Source: Chiloscyllium plagiosum | Lineage: Eukaryota | Direction of reading: 5' to 3' | DNA: 64,000 bases | Assembly: GCF_004010195.1 (NCBI RefSeq) | Contig: NC_057750.1 | Span: 18,799,860 to 18,863,859 of the forward strand | Shown here: one piece after another, positions 40,961-54,329 of the stretch | How the letters are laid out: each line of letters starts with the position of its first letter | Position numbering within the stretch: the first letter of the stretch is position 1 | Program-made: the position numbers and the translations under genes | Notes under the pieces: model-generated | Databases searched by the model: none | What the model saw: the letters and a program-made list of their open reading frames with translations, nothing else | Told to the model about the DNA's origin: nothing

Positions 40961-41252
40961 TGATAAAACGAGTGTAGAAGTAGACGTCAGTGTGAGACGG
41001 AGGGACATCTCTAACTTCCATATCTAACAGCATGTTGCTGATCCTGACTGCCTTAACAATCTCGGAGGTCTAATTGGAAACAAAACCTACTCTGACGGAG
41101 TGAAAAGAGCTCCTAAAGGCCGATCTGGTTGTTGTCATACCAGAACGGAATGCTATGGCCAGTATTTATCAGCGTACATTTGAATCTGTCTAACTTGTCT
41201 GTCGCCACTGACTCCAGAGAGGGTGTCTGCGCCAAGGAAGAGGCTAGTGCTT
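40961..41252 (-). pseudogene. TCR V pseudogene (frameshifts, stops, second conserved Cys lost)
   Basis: Acceptor tgtgacag| is followed by ALASSLAQTPSLESVATDKLDRFKCTLINTGHSIPFWY, a frameshift into QQPDRPL, and later VKAVRISNMLLDMEVRDVPPSHTDVYFY. Exon-like length is 292 nt and it abuts a degenerate RSS. A possible decayed leader lies at 41372-41331. Confidence 0.85.
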
Positions 41253-43606
41253 CTGTCACATTTGATGTCTGTTAGACTCTCATTTAAGTCAATTTTAGAT
41301 TAAAGCAGAGAAAATATTTAGAGAAACTACAACATCCATCTATAAAACGTCAAAACTGATTGCGGAAAGCATAGAATCTCTTTAGCACTGTGTGAGTTCG
41401 CCAAAGTATAATCATTGTTGTGATTGAGATGCCAGGCGACCAATTTCAGTACAGCAAGCTACCACTAATCACAATAAATAAATAGCCACGATACAGTTCT
41501 TTTTGACATTTTTTCGAGGTAACATGCTGCCTCAACACAATTTCTGTGAGTCCTCTAATACTCTATCAGTTGTGCCACGTGATCATTTACACCCCCTGGA
41601 GAGTGAAGCTGAGTTTAATTGTTGTGTCACACTACTGAGGCACTAGCCCAGGGAACATCAATCAAAATTGTGCTCTCAACAGTCAACAGAAGCAGTCGGC
41701 ACCAGCAGCGTTGAATTTAGCAGCAATACTGCTACCAGCGAGTTGAAAACTACCACTATGATGCAAAACACCACAAAGACATCTGTAAATATTTGGTGCT
41801 TTGACCTACGCAGGATTAGTGATATCATCAATGTAGATAATGAATTCAATCCAATCGTTCTCGATGTGAGGGAAGAGACCTCAAGACCACCTTTGGAGCT
41901 ACTCTCTAGCTGTTAAAATAGCACGCTTATGTAGACTTCCTGCCTTCTCCACATTCCACCTCATTCTTCAGACAGTGCATCACCTTCACGGAGTTCGAGA
42001 ACACGGAATGGACAGCTCCCTTGTTAGAGATTAGAATTAGATGTTGCTATGACAGAGTTGTTCACGATGAATTGTTTGTTGAAGTTGAATGAAATGACCG
42101 AAGTGGTAGTTATGACTAAGGCCTTAAATCAATCATTTGCTCACCCAGAAAATGTTAAAGAAAATGAGAAAAACTCGGAACCAGAACCACTCTGCTCATA
42201 TATAGAGAATGCTGGAACAGAAGCAAAGATTGCTGGAAAAGTTGAACGGGTCTGGCATCTGCGGAGAGAAACTAGAGTTAACATTTCCGGTCCAGTGACT
42301 CTTCCTCAAAACTCATCCAGAATGCTGGCCCAGCTTAATTTAAGATTTTCTCCAAGACTATCCCCTACATATTCACATGTTTAAGTGCGTTGTTATTCTG
42401 GTTTCACCCCTCCTTCGGTACAAGAAGCATTGTAGATTCAGAGATCCATTCACCTCATGCGACCTTAGGAACTGGCCAGCGACAGTATCTCCGAGGCAGG
42501 AAAGCAAGGAACATTTACACCAACATTTACTTCATTTTTGAAGAGCGACCAACGGTGAAACGCGGACTTTAAACGTTCTTTTTGGATCTACTTTCAAATT
42601 AAGATCAAGTGGCGTAACTTCTGCTTCCCGTCTGCCTCTCCCTAGTTCCCTCCTGTACCAAAATTCTCCTTTGAATTATTGTTAGCTAATTAGTTTTCAT
42701 GAAAACAAAATTATCTACGAATTATCCACCTGCTTCGAGAAAAGAAAGCTCTTCATCTGTTTAAAAATGAGGCTTCTTAATCATAGTATTTAAATTGTTC
42801 TAGTCTCTGCAGGAAGAGGAAACATGTTTCTTGTGTCCATCTAATCATTTCCCTGAAGAGCTCCTTTTTTTCAACAAGACCATTTCTCATTCTTCTCAAC
42901 GCTAATTCATGTAGATCCAGCCTGTTCAACCTTAACAAGGTCAAGATAGGATTGAGTCGTCTGAACCTTGTCTGCTTTTAAGGCAATGATATTATTTTTA
43001 GTAAAAGGAGACCAAACTTTACACAATATTCCAGGTGTGGTCTCACCAAAGTTCAGTACAGTTGAAATAAAATTTCTCTACTTGCATGTTGTGACACGAA
43101 GCTAGTCCTTTCTTTTTTCTAACAGCAGTTCCTTGGCTCAAGGAGACTCTGTCCTTGATTTCTTTTTCAACAGGGTAATAAACCGGTCCTGGCTCCAATC
43201 TGTCTGGTTTGGTACAGAGATGAAAACGATTTTGAAAAGTCTTTTGTTTATGTGTAAACAGATGAGACTTCAGGCCAAAGTGGTCATGTTTTAGAAATGA
43301 CCTGTATATGAAAAGGGGATGGTCAGCTCTCGAGCAGAGCTGAGCAGTTTAATTCAGTCCTGTACTGTTTGGAAGTTCAACAGGGAATTGTGTGAAAACG
43401 CTCTCTTTCTTTTCTGCCCTCCAACTTCAACATGCAAGCCTGTGTTCCATTTATATTGGTTTTTAAAAGGGAGTTTGCTTATTGGGACTATTGTATACAT
43501 TCAGAACAGCATAATAAAGTCTAGTTGGATAGACTGAATTCTTTAGGGATTCTTTATTCTGTTCTTTGTGTTTCGTTGCATAATTTTGTGAATAACACTT
43601 TGTCTT

Positions 43607-44580
43607 TGCAAGGTTTGTGAAGGTTTGTAGCTCAGGTTGAGATTTAGGGTGTAGGTTTGCTCACTGAGCTGTAGGTTTGATATCCAGACGTTTCATTACC
43701 TGGTTAGGTAACATCATCAGTGGCGACCTCCAAGTGAAGTGAAGCTGTTGTCTCCTGCTTTCTATTTATATCTTTTTCCTGGACGTGGTTCCTGGGATTT
43801 GTGGTGATGTCATTTCCTGTTCGTTTTCTGAGGGGTTGATAGATGGCATCTAGATCTATGTGTTTGTATATGGCGTTGTGGTTGGAGTGCCAGGCCTCTA
43901 GGAATTCTCTGGCATGCCTTTGCTTAGCCTGTTCCAGGATAGATGTGTTGTCCCAGTCGAAATGGTGGGTTTTTTTCATCCGTGTGTAGGGCTAAGAGGG
44001 AGAGTGTCGTGTCTTTTTGTGGCTAGCTGGTGTTCGTGTATCCTGGTGGCTAACCTTCTTCCTGTTTGTCCTATGTATTGTGTGTGGCAGTCCTTGCATG
44101 GAATTTTGTAGATGATATTGGTTTTGTCCATGGGATGTACTGGGTCTTTTAAGTTTGCTAGTTTTTGTTTGAGAGTGTTGGTGGGTTTGTGTGCTACTAG
44201 GATTCTGAGGGGTCTTAGTAGTCTGGCTGTCATTTCTGAAACTTCTTTGATGTATGGGACAACGCAACTATCCTGGGACAGGCTAAGCAAAGGCATGCCA
44301 GAGAATTCCTAGAGGTAAAAAGGCCTGGCACTCTAACCACAACGCCATAAACAAACACATAGATCTAGATGCCATCTATCAACCCCTCAGAAAACGAACA
44401 GGAAATGACATCACCACAAACCCCAGGAATCCCATCCAGGAGCAAGATATAAATAGAAAGCAAGAGACAACAGCTTCGCTTCACTTGGAGGTCGCCACTG
44501 AAGATGTTACCTGGCCAGGTAATGACACGTCTGGATATCAAACCTACAGCTCAGCAAGCAAACCTACACCCTAAACCTTT
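43607..44580 (-). mobile_element. Penelope-like retroelement 3' fragment: GIY-YIG endonuclease with inverted terminal repeats of about 300 bp
   Basis: ORF 43976-44296 NIIYKIPCKDCHTQYIGQTGRRLATRIHEH and ORF 43704-43979 HHFDWDNTSILEQAKQRHAREFLEAWHS. 44269-44577 is the reverse complement of about 43643-43941. Confidence 0.9.
43684..43723 (-). ncRNA. Minimal type-I hammerhead ribozyme motif (family D), intact core
   Basis: CCA-CTGATGA-T-GTTACCT-AACC-AGGTAAT-GAA-ACGT-C^TGG: stem I CCA/TGG, 7-bp stem II, GUC cleavage triplet. The inverted copy at 44495-44534 has GAAA changed to GACA. Confidence 0.8.
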
Positions 44581-45699
44581 TGCCTGTTTTAAAATCTCGT
44601 AGTCAACCTCGCTATCTTACTCCGGGTAATTTTCACTGTGCACTTACTGAAGCAAATTGCAAAGTTATGGTCTGGGGATGCCTGGTTAAGAAAGTTTTGA
44701 GTGGTCTGGCTTCATTCAAAACAGTTGCAACCTGATGGTAAGAAGTTCCAACGCACCACTTATCTTCCGAATCACTTGCTTTACCTGCATGTGAGCCTTT
44801 CTGTTTAATTGCGCCAGAACACTGAGGTATTTCCTCAATGTTACATTCTGCACTACCCCTTCATCCAAGTAATTGACACAACTATTAAATAGTTCACATA
44901 TCAAAACTGATTCTGTCGTACTAGTTACAACTTGGCAATATAAAAGACCATGCCAAACAAAATTGTATGTGTGCTACGATGTTACTTCATATAGCATGTG
45001 CTCTTATCTTGAACGTTATGAAATGTATTTTTAAAGTCCAAAAACACAATATCAACTAGGTCCTCTGATTTGCATTTTGCTTGTTCCTAACTAAAATGAC
45101 TATTAAATTAGTTGAACATTATTTGCCTTTCACACAACATTCAAATTTATTGACTATACCTGACCACATCGTTAATGTTTAGACATCCCAATATAACATC
45201 CTTAATAACAGGTTAATAACAGATGAATGTTAGGCCAACTAGCATATTTTCTGTTTCCCTCCTTTCTTGAACAAACACGTTACATTAGCTATTTTCACAA
45301 AAGGTTAGGATCCTTTTATAGCCTGATGAATTTTGGAAAAGGATAATCTTTTTTTCTCTCTCTTTCTCTCTCATCCAGTCAGTTATTTTAAGGCCCTAGG
45401 GTACAAGCAATCAGATCCTGGAGATTTGCCAATCATAAGGCCCAAGCTTTCTTAGCACATTTTCCCTAGCAATTGGAATTGCTTAAAGAACCTTTCCCCA
45501 TTCTTTCCTGATTTGCTAGTATATCTATGAAGTTACTTGCATCTTCCGTTGTGAGGACAGAAATAAACAACTATTCAATGCTTCTAATATTTGATTGTTT
45601 TCCATTATAAATTCCCAGGCTCACCCTCCAGAAGACTAACACTAGATTTAGTTCCTGTTTTCTTGTGTAAATACTTGCACAAATTCTATTGTTATTATG

Positions 45700-48300
45700 T
45701 TAGAACAAAGAAAATTTACAGCACAGGAACAGGCCGTTCGGCCCTCCAAGCCTGAGCCGATCCAAATCTACTGTCTAAACCTGTCTCCCTATTCCTAAGC
45801 ATCTGAATCCCTCTGCTCATTACCTACTCATACATCTGTCCAGATGCATCTTAAATGAATCTACCGTGCCTGCCTCTAGTACCTCTGCTGGAAACGCGTT
45901 CCAGACACCCAGCACCCTCTGTGTAAAGTACTTGCCGCATGTATCCCCTTTAAACTTTTCACCTCTCACCTTGAAAGCGTGACCTCTCGTTATTGAATCC
46001 TTCATCTTGGTAAAAAGCTTATCTCTGTCTACCCTGTCGATACCCTTCATGATTTTGTAAACCTCAATCAGGTCCCCTACAATCTCCTTTTTTCTAATGA
46101 AAACAAATCTGACCTACCCAACCTCTCTTCATAGCTAGCACCTTCCATATCAGGCAACATCCTCGTAAACCTTCTCTGCACCCTCTCCAAAGCGTCCACA
46201 TCCTTTTGGTAATATGGCAACCAGAACTGTACACAATATTTTAAATGTGGCCAAACCAATATCTTGTACAATTTTAACATGACCTGCCAGCTCATATAAT
46301 CAATACCCCGTCTGATGAAGGCAAGCATACTGTATGCCTTCTTGACTACTCTATCCACCTGTGCAGCAAACGTCAGGGTACAATGGACCAGAATTCCCAG
46401 ATTTCTCTGCTCATCAACTTTTCCCAAGGCTCTTCCATTCATTGTATATTTTGCTCTAAAATTAGACTTCCTAAAATGCATCACCTCATATTTGTCTGGA
46501 TTGAACTCCATCTGCTGCTTTCCTGCCCCACTCTCCAGCCTATCTATATTCTCCTGGATTCCTTGACAGTCCCTTATGCTTTCTGCTACTCCATCAATCT
46601 TCGTATCATCAGCAAACTTGCTGATCATACCAACAGTGCCCTCTTCCAGATCGTTTAGGTATATCAGTGATCCCAACACTGCTCCCTGTGGAACACCACT
46701 GGTCACCTTTCTCCATTTCGAGAAACTTCCTTCAACTACTGCTCTCTGTCTCCTGTGCTCAACCAGTCCTTTATCCACCTAGCTAGAACACCCAGCACGC
46801 CATGTGACTTCACTTTCTCCTTTAGTTTACGATGGGGAACCTTACCAAACGCCTTACGAATTTCCATGTGTGTGACATCTACAGCCCTTCCTTCATCTAT
46901 CAACTTGGTCACTTCCTTGAAGAACTTTATTAAGTTGGTAAGACACTATCTCCCCGGAACAAAGCCATGCTGCCAATCACTGACATGCCCATTCTTTCCT
47001 TAATATAAATTGATCTTATCCCTCAGTACCTTATCCAGCAACTTTCCCACCACTGATGTCAGGTTCACTGGTCTGTAGTTACCCGGAATAACTATCCTTC
47101 TTGTACAGAGGGACAACATGAGCAAACGTCCAGTCTTCTGCCACCTCACCTGTGTTTAAAGTTGCCACAAAGATACCTGTCAGGGCCCCAGCTATTTCCT
47201 CTCTCGCCTCCCTCAGCGACCTGGGATAGATCCCATCCCATCCTGGGGATTTGTCCACCTTAATAATGTCTAGCCCACCCAACACATCTTCCCTACTTAT
47301 GTCAACGTGATCCAAACTAATCAAACTTCCATCTTGAATCTCAAAATTCATCATGTTCCTCTCCTCAGTGAACACTGATGCAAAGTAATCATTCAGACTC
47401 TCACCCATTCTCTCAGGTTTGACACACAGCCTTCCTCCATTATCATTTTATGGACCATTCCTTTCGCTAGTTACCTGCTTGCTTCTTATGTAAGAATAAA
47501 ATGCTTTGGGATTCTCCTTAATTCTGCTCGCTAAAGCTATTTCATGACCCATTTTAGACTGCTTGATTCCTTGTTTAAGACTGGGCCTACTCTTCTGATA
47601 TTCCTCCAGGGCCCATTCTGTTCTTAGCTGCCTGCACCTTATGTACGCTTCCCTTCTCCTCTTGGCTAGTTGTACGATTTCTCCTGTCATCCACAGTTCA
47701 TGAATCTTGCCTTTTCTATCATTCGCCTTCAACGGGGTATGCCTATCTTACACTATCTTTAATCTATCTGTGAAAGTTTCCACATATCAAATGTGGACTT
47801 TCCTTCAAAAGCTGTGTCCAATCTACATTTCCCAGCTCCTGATGATATAATTGGCCTAGACCCAGTTCAGTACTCTTTCCTTAGGACCAATCTCATCTTC
47901 GTTTACGTGTATTCTAAAACTTACAGAATTGTGGTCACTGTTCCCAAAGAACTCCCCCACTGCAACTTCTACTACCTGGCCTGGCTCATTTCCCAATACC
48001 AGCTCCAATATGGCCCCTTCCCTCGTCGGACTATTGACATACTGCTCTAGAAAACTCTCTCATATGCTCCCTACAAATTCTACCCCTTCCAGACCTCTGA
48101 CACTAAGTGAATCCCAGTCATTGTTGGGAAAATTAAAATCTCCTATCACCACTACCCTATTGCCTCTACATCTTTCCAGAATCTGTTTACCTATTTGTTC
48201 TTCTACCTCACGCGCACTGTTGGGAGGCCTTTATACAGCCCCAACAATGTAATTGCGCCCTTCTTATTTCTCAGTTCCACCCATAATGCCTCACTACCTA
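45700..48300 (-). mobile_element. CR1 LINE ORF2
   Basis: ORFs 46077-46778 (GVPQGAVLG, KFADDTK), 47079-47408, 47448-47732 and 45820-46050. Confidence 0.9.
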
Positions 48301-51300
48301 TGTTTAAGCTGGCTTTCACTCATACTCTACTTTATCCATGTTTTTAGTGATTCTTTCATGGTTCCAAAAATACAAATGATCTTCTAATTAAAATAAATAT
48401 CGCAGAGTTTGGCAGTCTTTGTTTAAATTTTGACACTATCTTTTACATCGATAAATGTTCCCGGCTAACTCTTCTTTGTCAACAAGTCTTTCTTTCTCAT
48501 TGGGATGAAAGAAGGGAACTGATATACTAGCAGGGAGATTTGCTAGAGCTGCTCGGGAAGGGTGGGACCCAGTGAGGTAGTGAGGAAAGAGATCAATCTG
48601 AGACTGAAGAGAGACAAACAGTCATGGCTGGCAGGGTCAAGGTAGGACAAATAAATTAGACTGCATTTATTTCAATGCAAGGGACATAACAGGAAAGGCA
48701 GATGAACTCAGGCTATGGTTAGAAACATGGAATTGGGGTATCATCGCAATTACAGAAACAGGACTGGCAGTCTAATGTTCTAGGATACAAATGCTGCAGG
48801 AAGGATAAAAAGGGAGGCAAGGGGGGGTGGCTTTTTTGATAAGGATTAGTATTACAGCTGTGCCGAGGGAGGGATATGCTTGAAATACATCCAGGGAAGT
48901 TATTTGGGTTGAATAGAGAAATAAGAAAAGGATGATAACCTTATTGGGATTGTATTATAGACCCACTAATAGTCAGAGGGAAATTGAGGAAAAAAACTTG
49001 TAAGGAGATCTCAGCTATCTATACGAAAAATAGGGTGGTTATGGTAGGGGATTTTAACTTTCCAAACATAGACTTTCTCCTTTAGTTTACGATGGGAAAC
49101 CTTACCAAACGCTTTACTAATGTCCACATGTGTGACATCTACAGCCCTTCCTTCATCTATCAACTTGGTCACTTCCTTGAAGAACTTTATTAAGTTGGTA
49201 AGACACTATCTCCCCGGTACAAAGCCATGTTGCCGATCACTGACATGCCCATTCTTTCCTTAATATAAATTGATCTTATCACTCAGTACCTTATCCAGCA
49301 ACTTTCCCACCACTGACGTCAGGTTCACTGGTCTGTAGTTACCCGGAATAACTATCCTTCTTGTACAGAGGGACAACATGAGCAAAGTTCCAGTCTCCTG
49401 CCACCTCACCTGTATTTAAAGTTGCCACAAAGATACCTGTCAGGGCCCCAGCTATTTCCTCTCTCGCCTCCCTCAGCAACCTGGGATAGATCCCATCCCG
49501 TCCTGGGGATTTGTCCACCTTAATAATCTCTAGCCTACCCAACACATCTTTCCTACTTAGGTCAACGTGATCCAAACTAATCAAACTTCCATCTCGAATC
49601 TCAAAATTCATCATGTTCCTCTCCTCAGTGAACACTGATGCAAAGTAATCATTCAGACTCTCACCCATTCTCTCAGGTTCGACACACAGCCTTCCTCCAT
49701 TATCATTTAGTGGACCATTCCTTTCTCTAGTTACCTGCTTGCTTCTTATGTAAGAATAAAATGCTTTGGGATTCTCCTTAATTCTGCTCGCTAAAGCTAT
49801 TTCATGACCCATTTTAGACTGCTTGATTCCTTGTTTAAGACTGGGCCTACTCTTCTGATATTCCTCCAGGGCCCATTCTGTTCTTAGCTGCCTGCACCTT
49901 ATGTACGCTTCCCTTCTCCTCTTGGCGAGTTGTACGATTTCTCCTGTCATCCACAGTTCATGAATCTTGCCTTTTCTATCATTTGCCTTCAACGGGGTAT
50001 GCCTATCTTGCACTATCTTTAACCTATCTGTGAAAGTTTCCACATATCAAATGTGGACTTTCCTTCAAAAGCTGTGTCCAATCCACATTTCCCAGTTCCT
50101 GATGATATAATTGGCCTAGGCCCAGTTTAGTACTCTTCCCTTAGGACCAATCTCATCTTTGTTTACGCGTATTCTAAAACTTACAGAATTGTGGTCACTG
50201 TTCCCAAAGAACTCCCCCACTGCAACTTCTACTACCTGGCCTGGCTCATTTCCCAGTACCAGCTCCAATATGGCCCCTTCCCTCGTCGGACTATTGACAT
50301 ACTGCTCTAGAAAACTCTCTCATATGCTTCCTACAAATTGTACCCCTTCCAGACCTCTGACACTAAGTGAATCCCAGTTATTGTTGGGAAAACTAAAATC
50401 TCCCATCACCACTACCCTATTGCCTCTACATCTTTCCATAATCTGTTTACCTATTTGTTCTTCTACCTCACGCGCACTGTTGGGAGGCCTTTATACAGCC
50501 CCAACAATGTAATTGCGCCCTTCTTATTTCTCAGTTCCACCCATAATGCCTCACTACCTATGTTTAAGCTGGCTTTCACTCATACTCTACTTTATCCATG
50601 TTTTTAGTGATTCTTTCATGGTTCCAAAAATACAAATGATCTTCTAATTAAAATAAATATCGCAGAGTTTGGCAGTCTTTGTTTAAATTTTGACACTATC
50701 TTTTACATCCGTAAATGTTCCCGGCTAACTCTTCTTTGTCAACAAGTCTTTCTTTCTCATTGAGAGGAAAGAAGGGGACTCATATACTGGCAGGGAGATT
50801 TGCTAGAGCTGCTCGGGAAGGATGGGACCCAGTGAGGTAGTGAGGAAAGAGATCAATCTGAGACTGAAGAGAGACAAACAGTCAGGGCTGGCAGGGTCAA
50901 GGTAGGACAAATAAATTAGACTGCATTTATTTCAATGCAAGGGACCTAACAGGAAAGGCAGATGAACTCAGGCTATGGTTAGAAACATGAAACTGGGGTA
51001 TCATCGCAATTACAGAAACATGGCTCAGGGATGGGCAGGACTGGCAGCTTAATGTTCTAGGATACAAATGCTACAGGAAGGATAGAAAGGGAGGCAAGGG
51101 GGGGGGGTGGCCTTTTTGATAAGGGTTAGCATTACAGCTGTGCCGAGGGAGGGATATGCTCGAAATACATCCAGGGTAGTTATTTGGGTTGAATAGAGAA
51201 ATAAGAAAAGGATGATAACCTTATTGGGATTATATTATAGACCCACTAAAAGTCAGAGGGAAATTGAGAAAAAAACTTATAAGGAGATCTCAGCTATCTA

Positions 51301-51355
51301 TACGAAAAATAGGGTGGTTATGGTAGGGGATTTTAACTTTCCAAACATAGACTGG
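46808..51355. repeat. Tandem duplication of about 2.26 kb, each unit holding a minus-strand CR1, a spacer and a plus-strand CR1 5' part
   Basis: About 46812-49071 resembles 49072-51352, with scattered substitutions and a 16-17 bp indel. Confidence 0.88.
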
Positions 51356-52440
51356 GACTGCCATGGTGTTAAGAGTTTAAATGAAGAGGAATTTGTTAAG
51401 TGTGTACAAGACAATTTTCTGATTCAGTATGTGGATGTACCTAAGAGAGAAAGTGCAAAACATGACTTACTCTTGGGAAATAAGGCAGGGTAGGTGACTG
51501 AGGTGTCAGTGGGGGAGCACTTCGGGGCCAACGATCATAATTTTGACGTATTAGGCAAGAACGTTCGAAAGACGACTTGGAGCAGATTTTCGCAGGTAAA
51601 GGGACGGCTGAAAAATGGGAAGCCTTCAGAAATGAGATAACAAGAATCTCGATAATATATATCCTTGTTAGGGTGAAAGGAAATATTGGTAGGTATAGGG
51701 AATGCTGGATGACTAAAGAAACTGAGGAGTTGGTTAAGAAAAAGAAGGAAGCATATGTAAGGTATAGACAGGATGGATCATGTGAATCCTTAGAAGATTA
51801 TAAAGGAACTAGGAGGATACTTAAGAGAGAAATCAGGAGGGGGAAAGGGGGACATGAGATAGCTTTGGCAAATAGAATTAAGGATAATCCAAAGAGTTTT
51901 TACAAATACATCAAGGACGAAAGGGAAACTAGGGAGAGAATAGGGCCCCTCAAAGATCAGCAAGGTGACCTTTGCGTGGAGCTGCAGAAAATGGGAGAGA
52001 TACTAAATGAGTATTTTGTATCAGTATTTACTGTGGAAAAGGATATGGAAGATATAGCCTGTAAGGAAATAGATGGTGACATCTTGCAAAATGTCCATAT
52101 TACAGAGCAGGAAGTGCTGGAGGTCTTGAAACGCATGTAAGTGGATAAATCCCCAGGACCTGATCAGGTGTACCCTAGAACTCTGTGGGAAGCTAGAGAA
52201 GTGATTACTGGGCCTCTTGCTGAGATATTTGTAGCATCGATAGTCACAGGAGAGGTGCCGGAAGACTGGAGGCTGGCTAACATGGTACCACTGTTTAAGA
52301 AGGGTGGTAAGGACAGGCCAGGAACTATAGACCAGTGATCCTGACCTCAATGGTGGGCAAGTTGTTGGAGGGAATCCTGAGGGACAGCATGTACATGTAT
52401 TTGGAAAGGCAAGGATTGATTAGAGATAGTCAACATGTGT
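50770..52440 (+). mobile_element. CR1 LINE ORF2 (endonuclease to start of RT)
   Basis: ORFs 51212-51493, 51577-52140 and 52141-52338. Confidence 0.88.
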
Positions 52441-52499
52441 CCGAGGAAGAGGCAGATATAGTCAACATATGTTCCATGTGCCCGTGGAATTGGCAAGCA

Positions 52500-52965
52500 T
52501 AGCTAGGGACCATGCAGGTGCCCATGGCTAACCCATCGGTCTGAAGAAAGTGGAGGATTCAAAGGAGAAATTGTTGAGGGTGAGGAACAGTTCAACCAAT
52601 TGAATGAGTGTGTCGGTGGAGGGGTACTGGTTTGGAGCGGGAGAGAAAGAAATGGAGGGCTTTGAGCCCTGTATCTTGGCGGATGGACATGCACAGGAAT
52701 GAGACATCCATGGTGGCTGGGGAACCGAAAGTGCAGAAGAGGTAGAGGGCATGGGTGGTTTAGAAATGTATGTGGGGTGTTTCTGGACCAAGTGGGACAG
52801 GGCGTTGTCAAGGTATAAGGAGATACGTCCGGTGGGACAGGAGCAGGCAGAGACAATGGGTTAACTGGGTCAGTCAGGTTTGTGAATTTTGGGAAAGAGG
52901 TAGAACCAGGCAGTGTGAAGTTCCAGGACTATGAGGTTGGAGTCTGCAGTCCTCACTTTCTTCTC
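52500..52965 (-). mobile_element. Penelope-like RT fragment
   Basis: YPSTDTLIQLVELFLTLNNFSFES followed by a frameshifted (V)AMGTCMVP motif. Confidence 0.75.
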
Positions 52966-54039
52966 ACTGTAGGTGTAATCGTGGCTTTCTAAATGGAATT
53001 GAATAATTACTTGAATGGAAGATGTTTGTAAAATAAAAGAAGGCAATGGACAAAGAATAAGGAAGAGTGACTAAATGATGGAAGGGTCTGAACTGGCTTC
53101 ATAAATTTAGGATAGTCACATATATCCAATGACGTATTCAGGAGAAATATTTTGTTCAGAAGGTGCCAAGAGTGTGTAACTTAATAGCATGAAGGCTGGT
53201 CAAATAAGCAGGTGTGAAATGATTAATGTAGAGAAGCTGGAGAAGTGAGAAGGTAATGGGGGCATGTTGATAATGTGTTTGAAGAGAGCATGAATATCTA
53301 ATTAGACAAATCTGTAGTAACGACTCATGCACTCATCTAGTTCTGGCTAATATGCAAAAAATGAAATAATGGTTTAAAATACGTCCCGGCCTACAATTCA
53401 CCGAACACTTGTTAACCTCATCAAACAAGATTTCAGTTGAGTTAACGGTTTTCAACAGGTGCTGAAACTGCCATCAGAGGGCAGGTGTCTCAATAATAAA
53501 CCTATCTGTAGCAGATTTTGTACAAATTGAAAGATCAGACATGCTTGTTAGGAGAGACTGGAGACGCCAAGATACTTCTCTTTGCAACCGAGAAGTTTAA
53601 GGGAAGATTTGATGGAGTTCCTCAAAATCCTGAAGGCAATTGGTAAAGTTAATGAAGAGGAATTGTTTCCACCTGCAGATGATTCGACAGCCAAAGGCCT
53701 ATAATTGGAGGAGCAAAGTGGAGTTCCTTTATATAGTGAGTTTTTAATCTTCTACACAACGTTACCTTTTAAGTGTGGTGGAAGCAGGCAGTCTAACTAA
53801 ACCTCGCTCGATGCTAGCTAAGACTGACATCATAAGAAGAGAAGATTCTGTTAAATTCTGTGCATTATCATTTCTACTATGACTTGTTAACACAGTTATC
53901 CCAATAACATAACCTCCTTGTTTAATTTAAGTTGTATCTCAAAGGAACAATATTATGTATATTGATACAAATACATCTATTTTAATTTAGTGCAAATTGT
54001 AAGTCCAATGTTAGACATATGGATAGAAGAAGGTAAGAA

Positions 54040-54200
54040 GAAAGTATGGAGGCAGATAGTCAGCAAGATAGATAAGAGAGATAGATAGACAGGAAGATAA
54101 ACAGATTATAGTAGGATAAATAGAAAGATAAATCTATAATAGATGAGAGATGGGCGATACATGTATAATAGATAAATAGGAGATTGACAATTTCATCTTT
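54040..54200 (+). repeat. Degenerate (AGAT)n microsatellite
   Basis: GATA/AGAT-rich run about 100 bp from the V3 RSS. Confidence 0.65.
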
Positions 54201-54290
54201 GATTGCAGAGACAGATTGATTCACAGACCTCTGGACTCTGAATCTATCCTACATATTATTACATTTCATCAAATGGTAGTGTCTTAGGTG

Positions 54291-54329
54291 TGTTTTTGTC
54301 ACACGGTTCAGCCCCACTTTACCTCTGTG
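54291..54329 (-). other. 23-RSS of V3
   Basis: Heptamer CACAGAG, 23-nt spacer, nonamer ACAAAAACA. Confidence 0.93.

Larger units (their letters stand above)
43092..44723 (+). mobile_element. Solo-LTR-like insertion in a CR1, itself interrupted by a Penelope element
   Basis: TG...CA ends with GTTG at 43088-43091 and 44724-44727. CR1-like sequence resumes on both sides. Confidence 0.45.
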
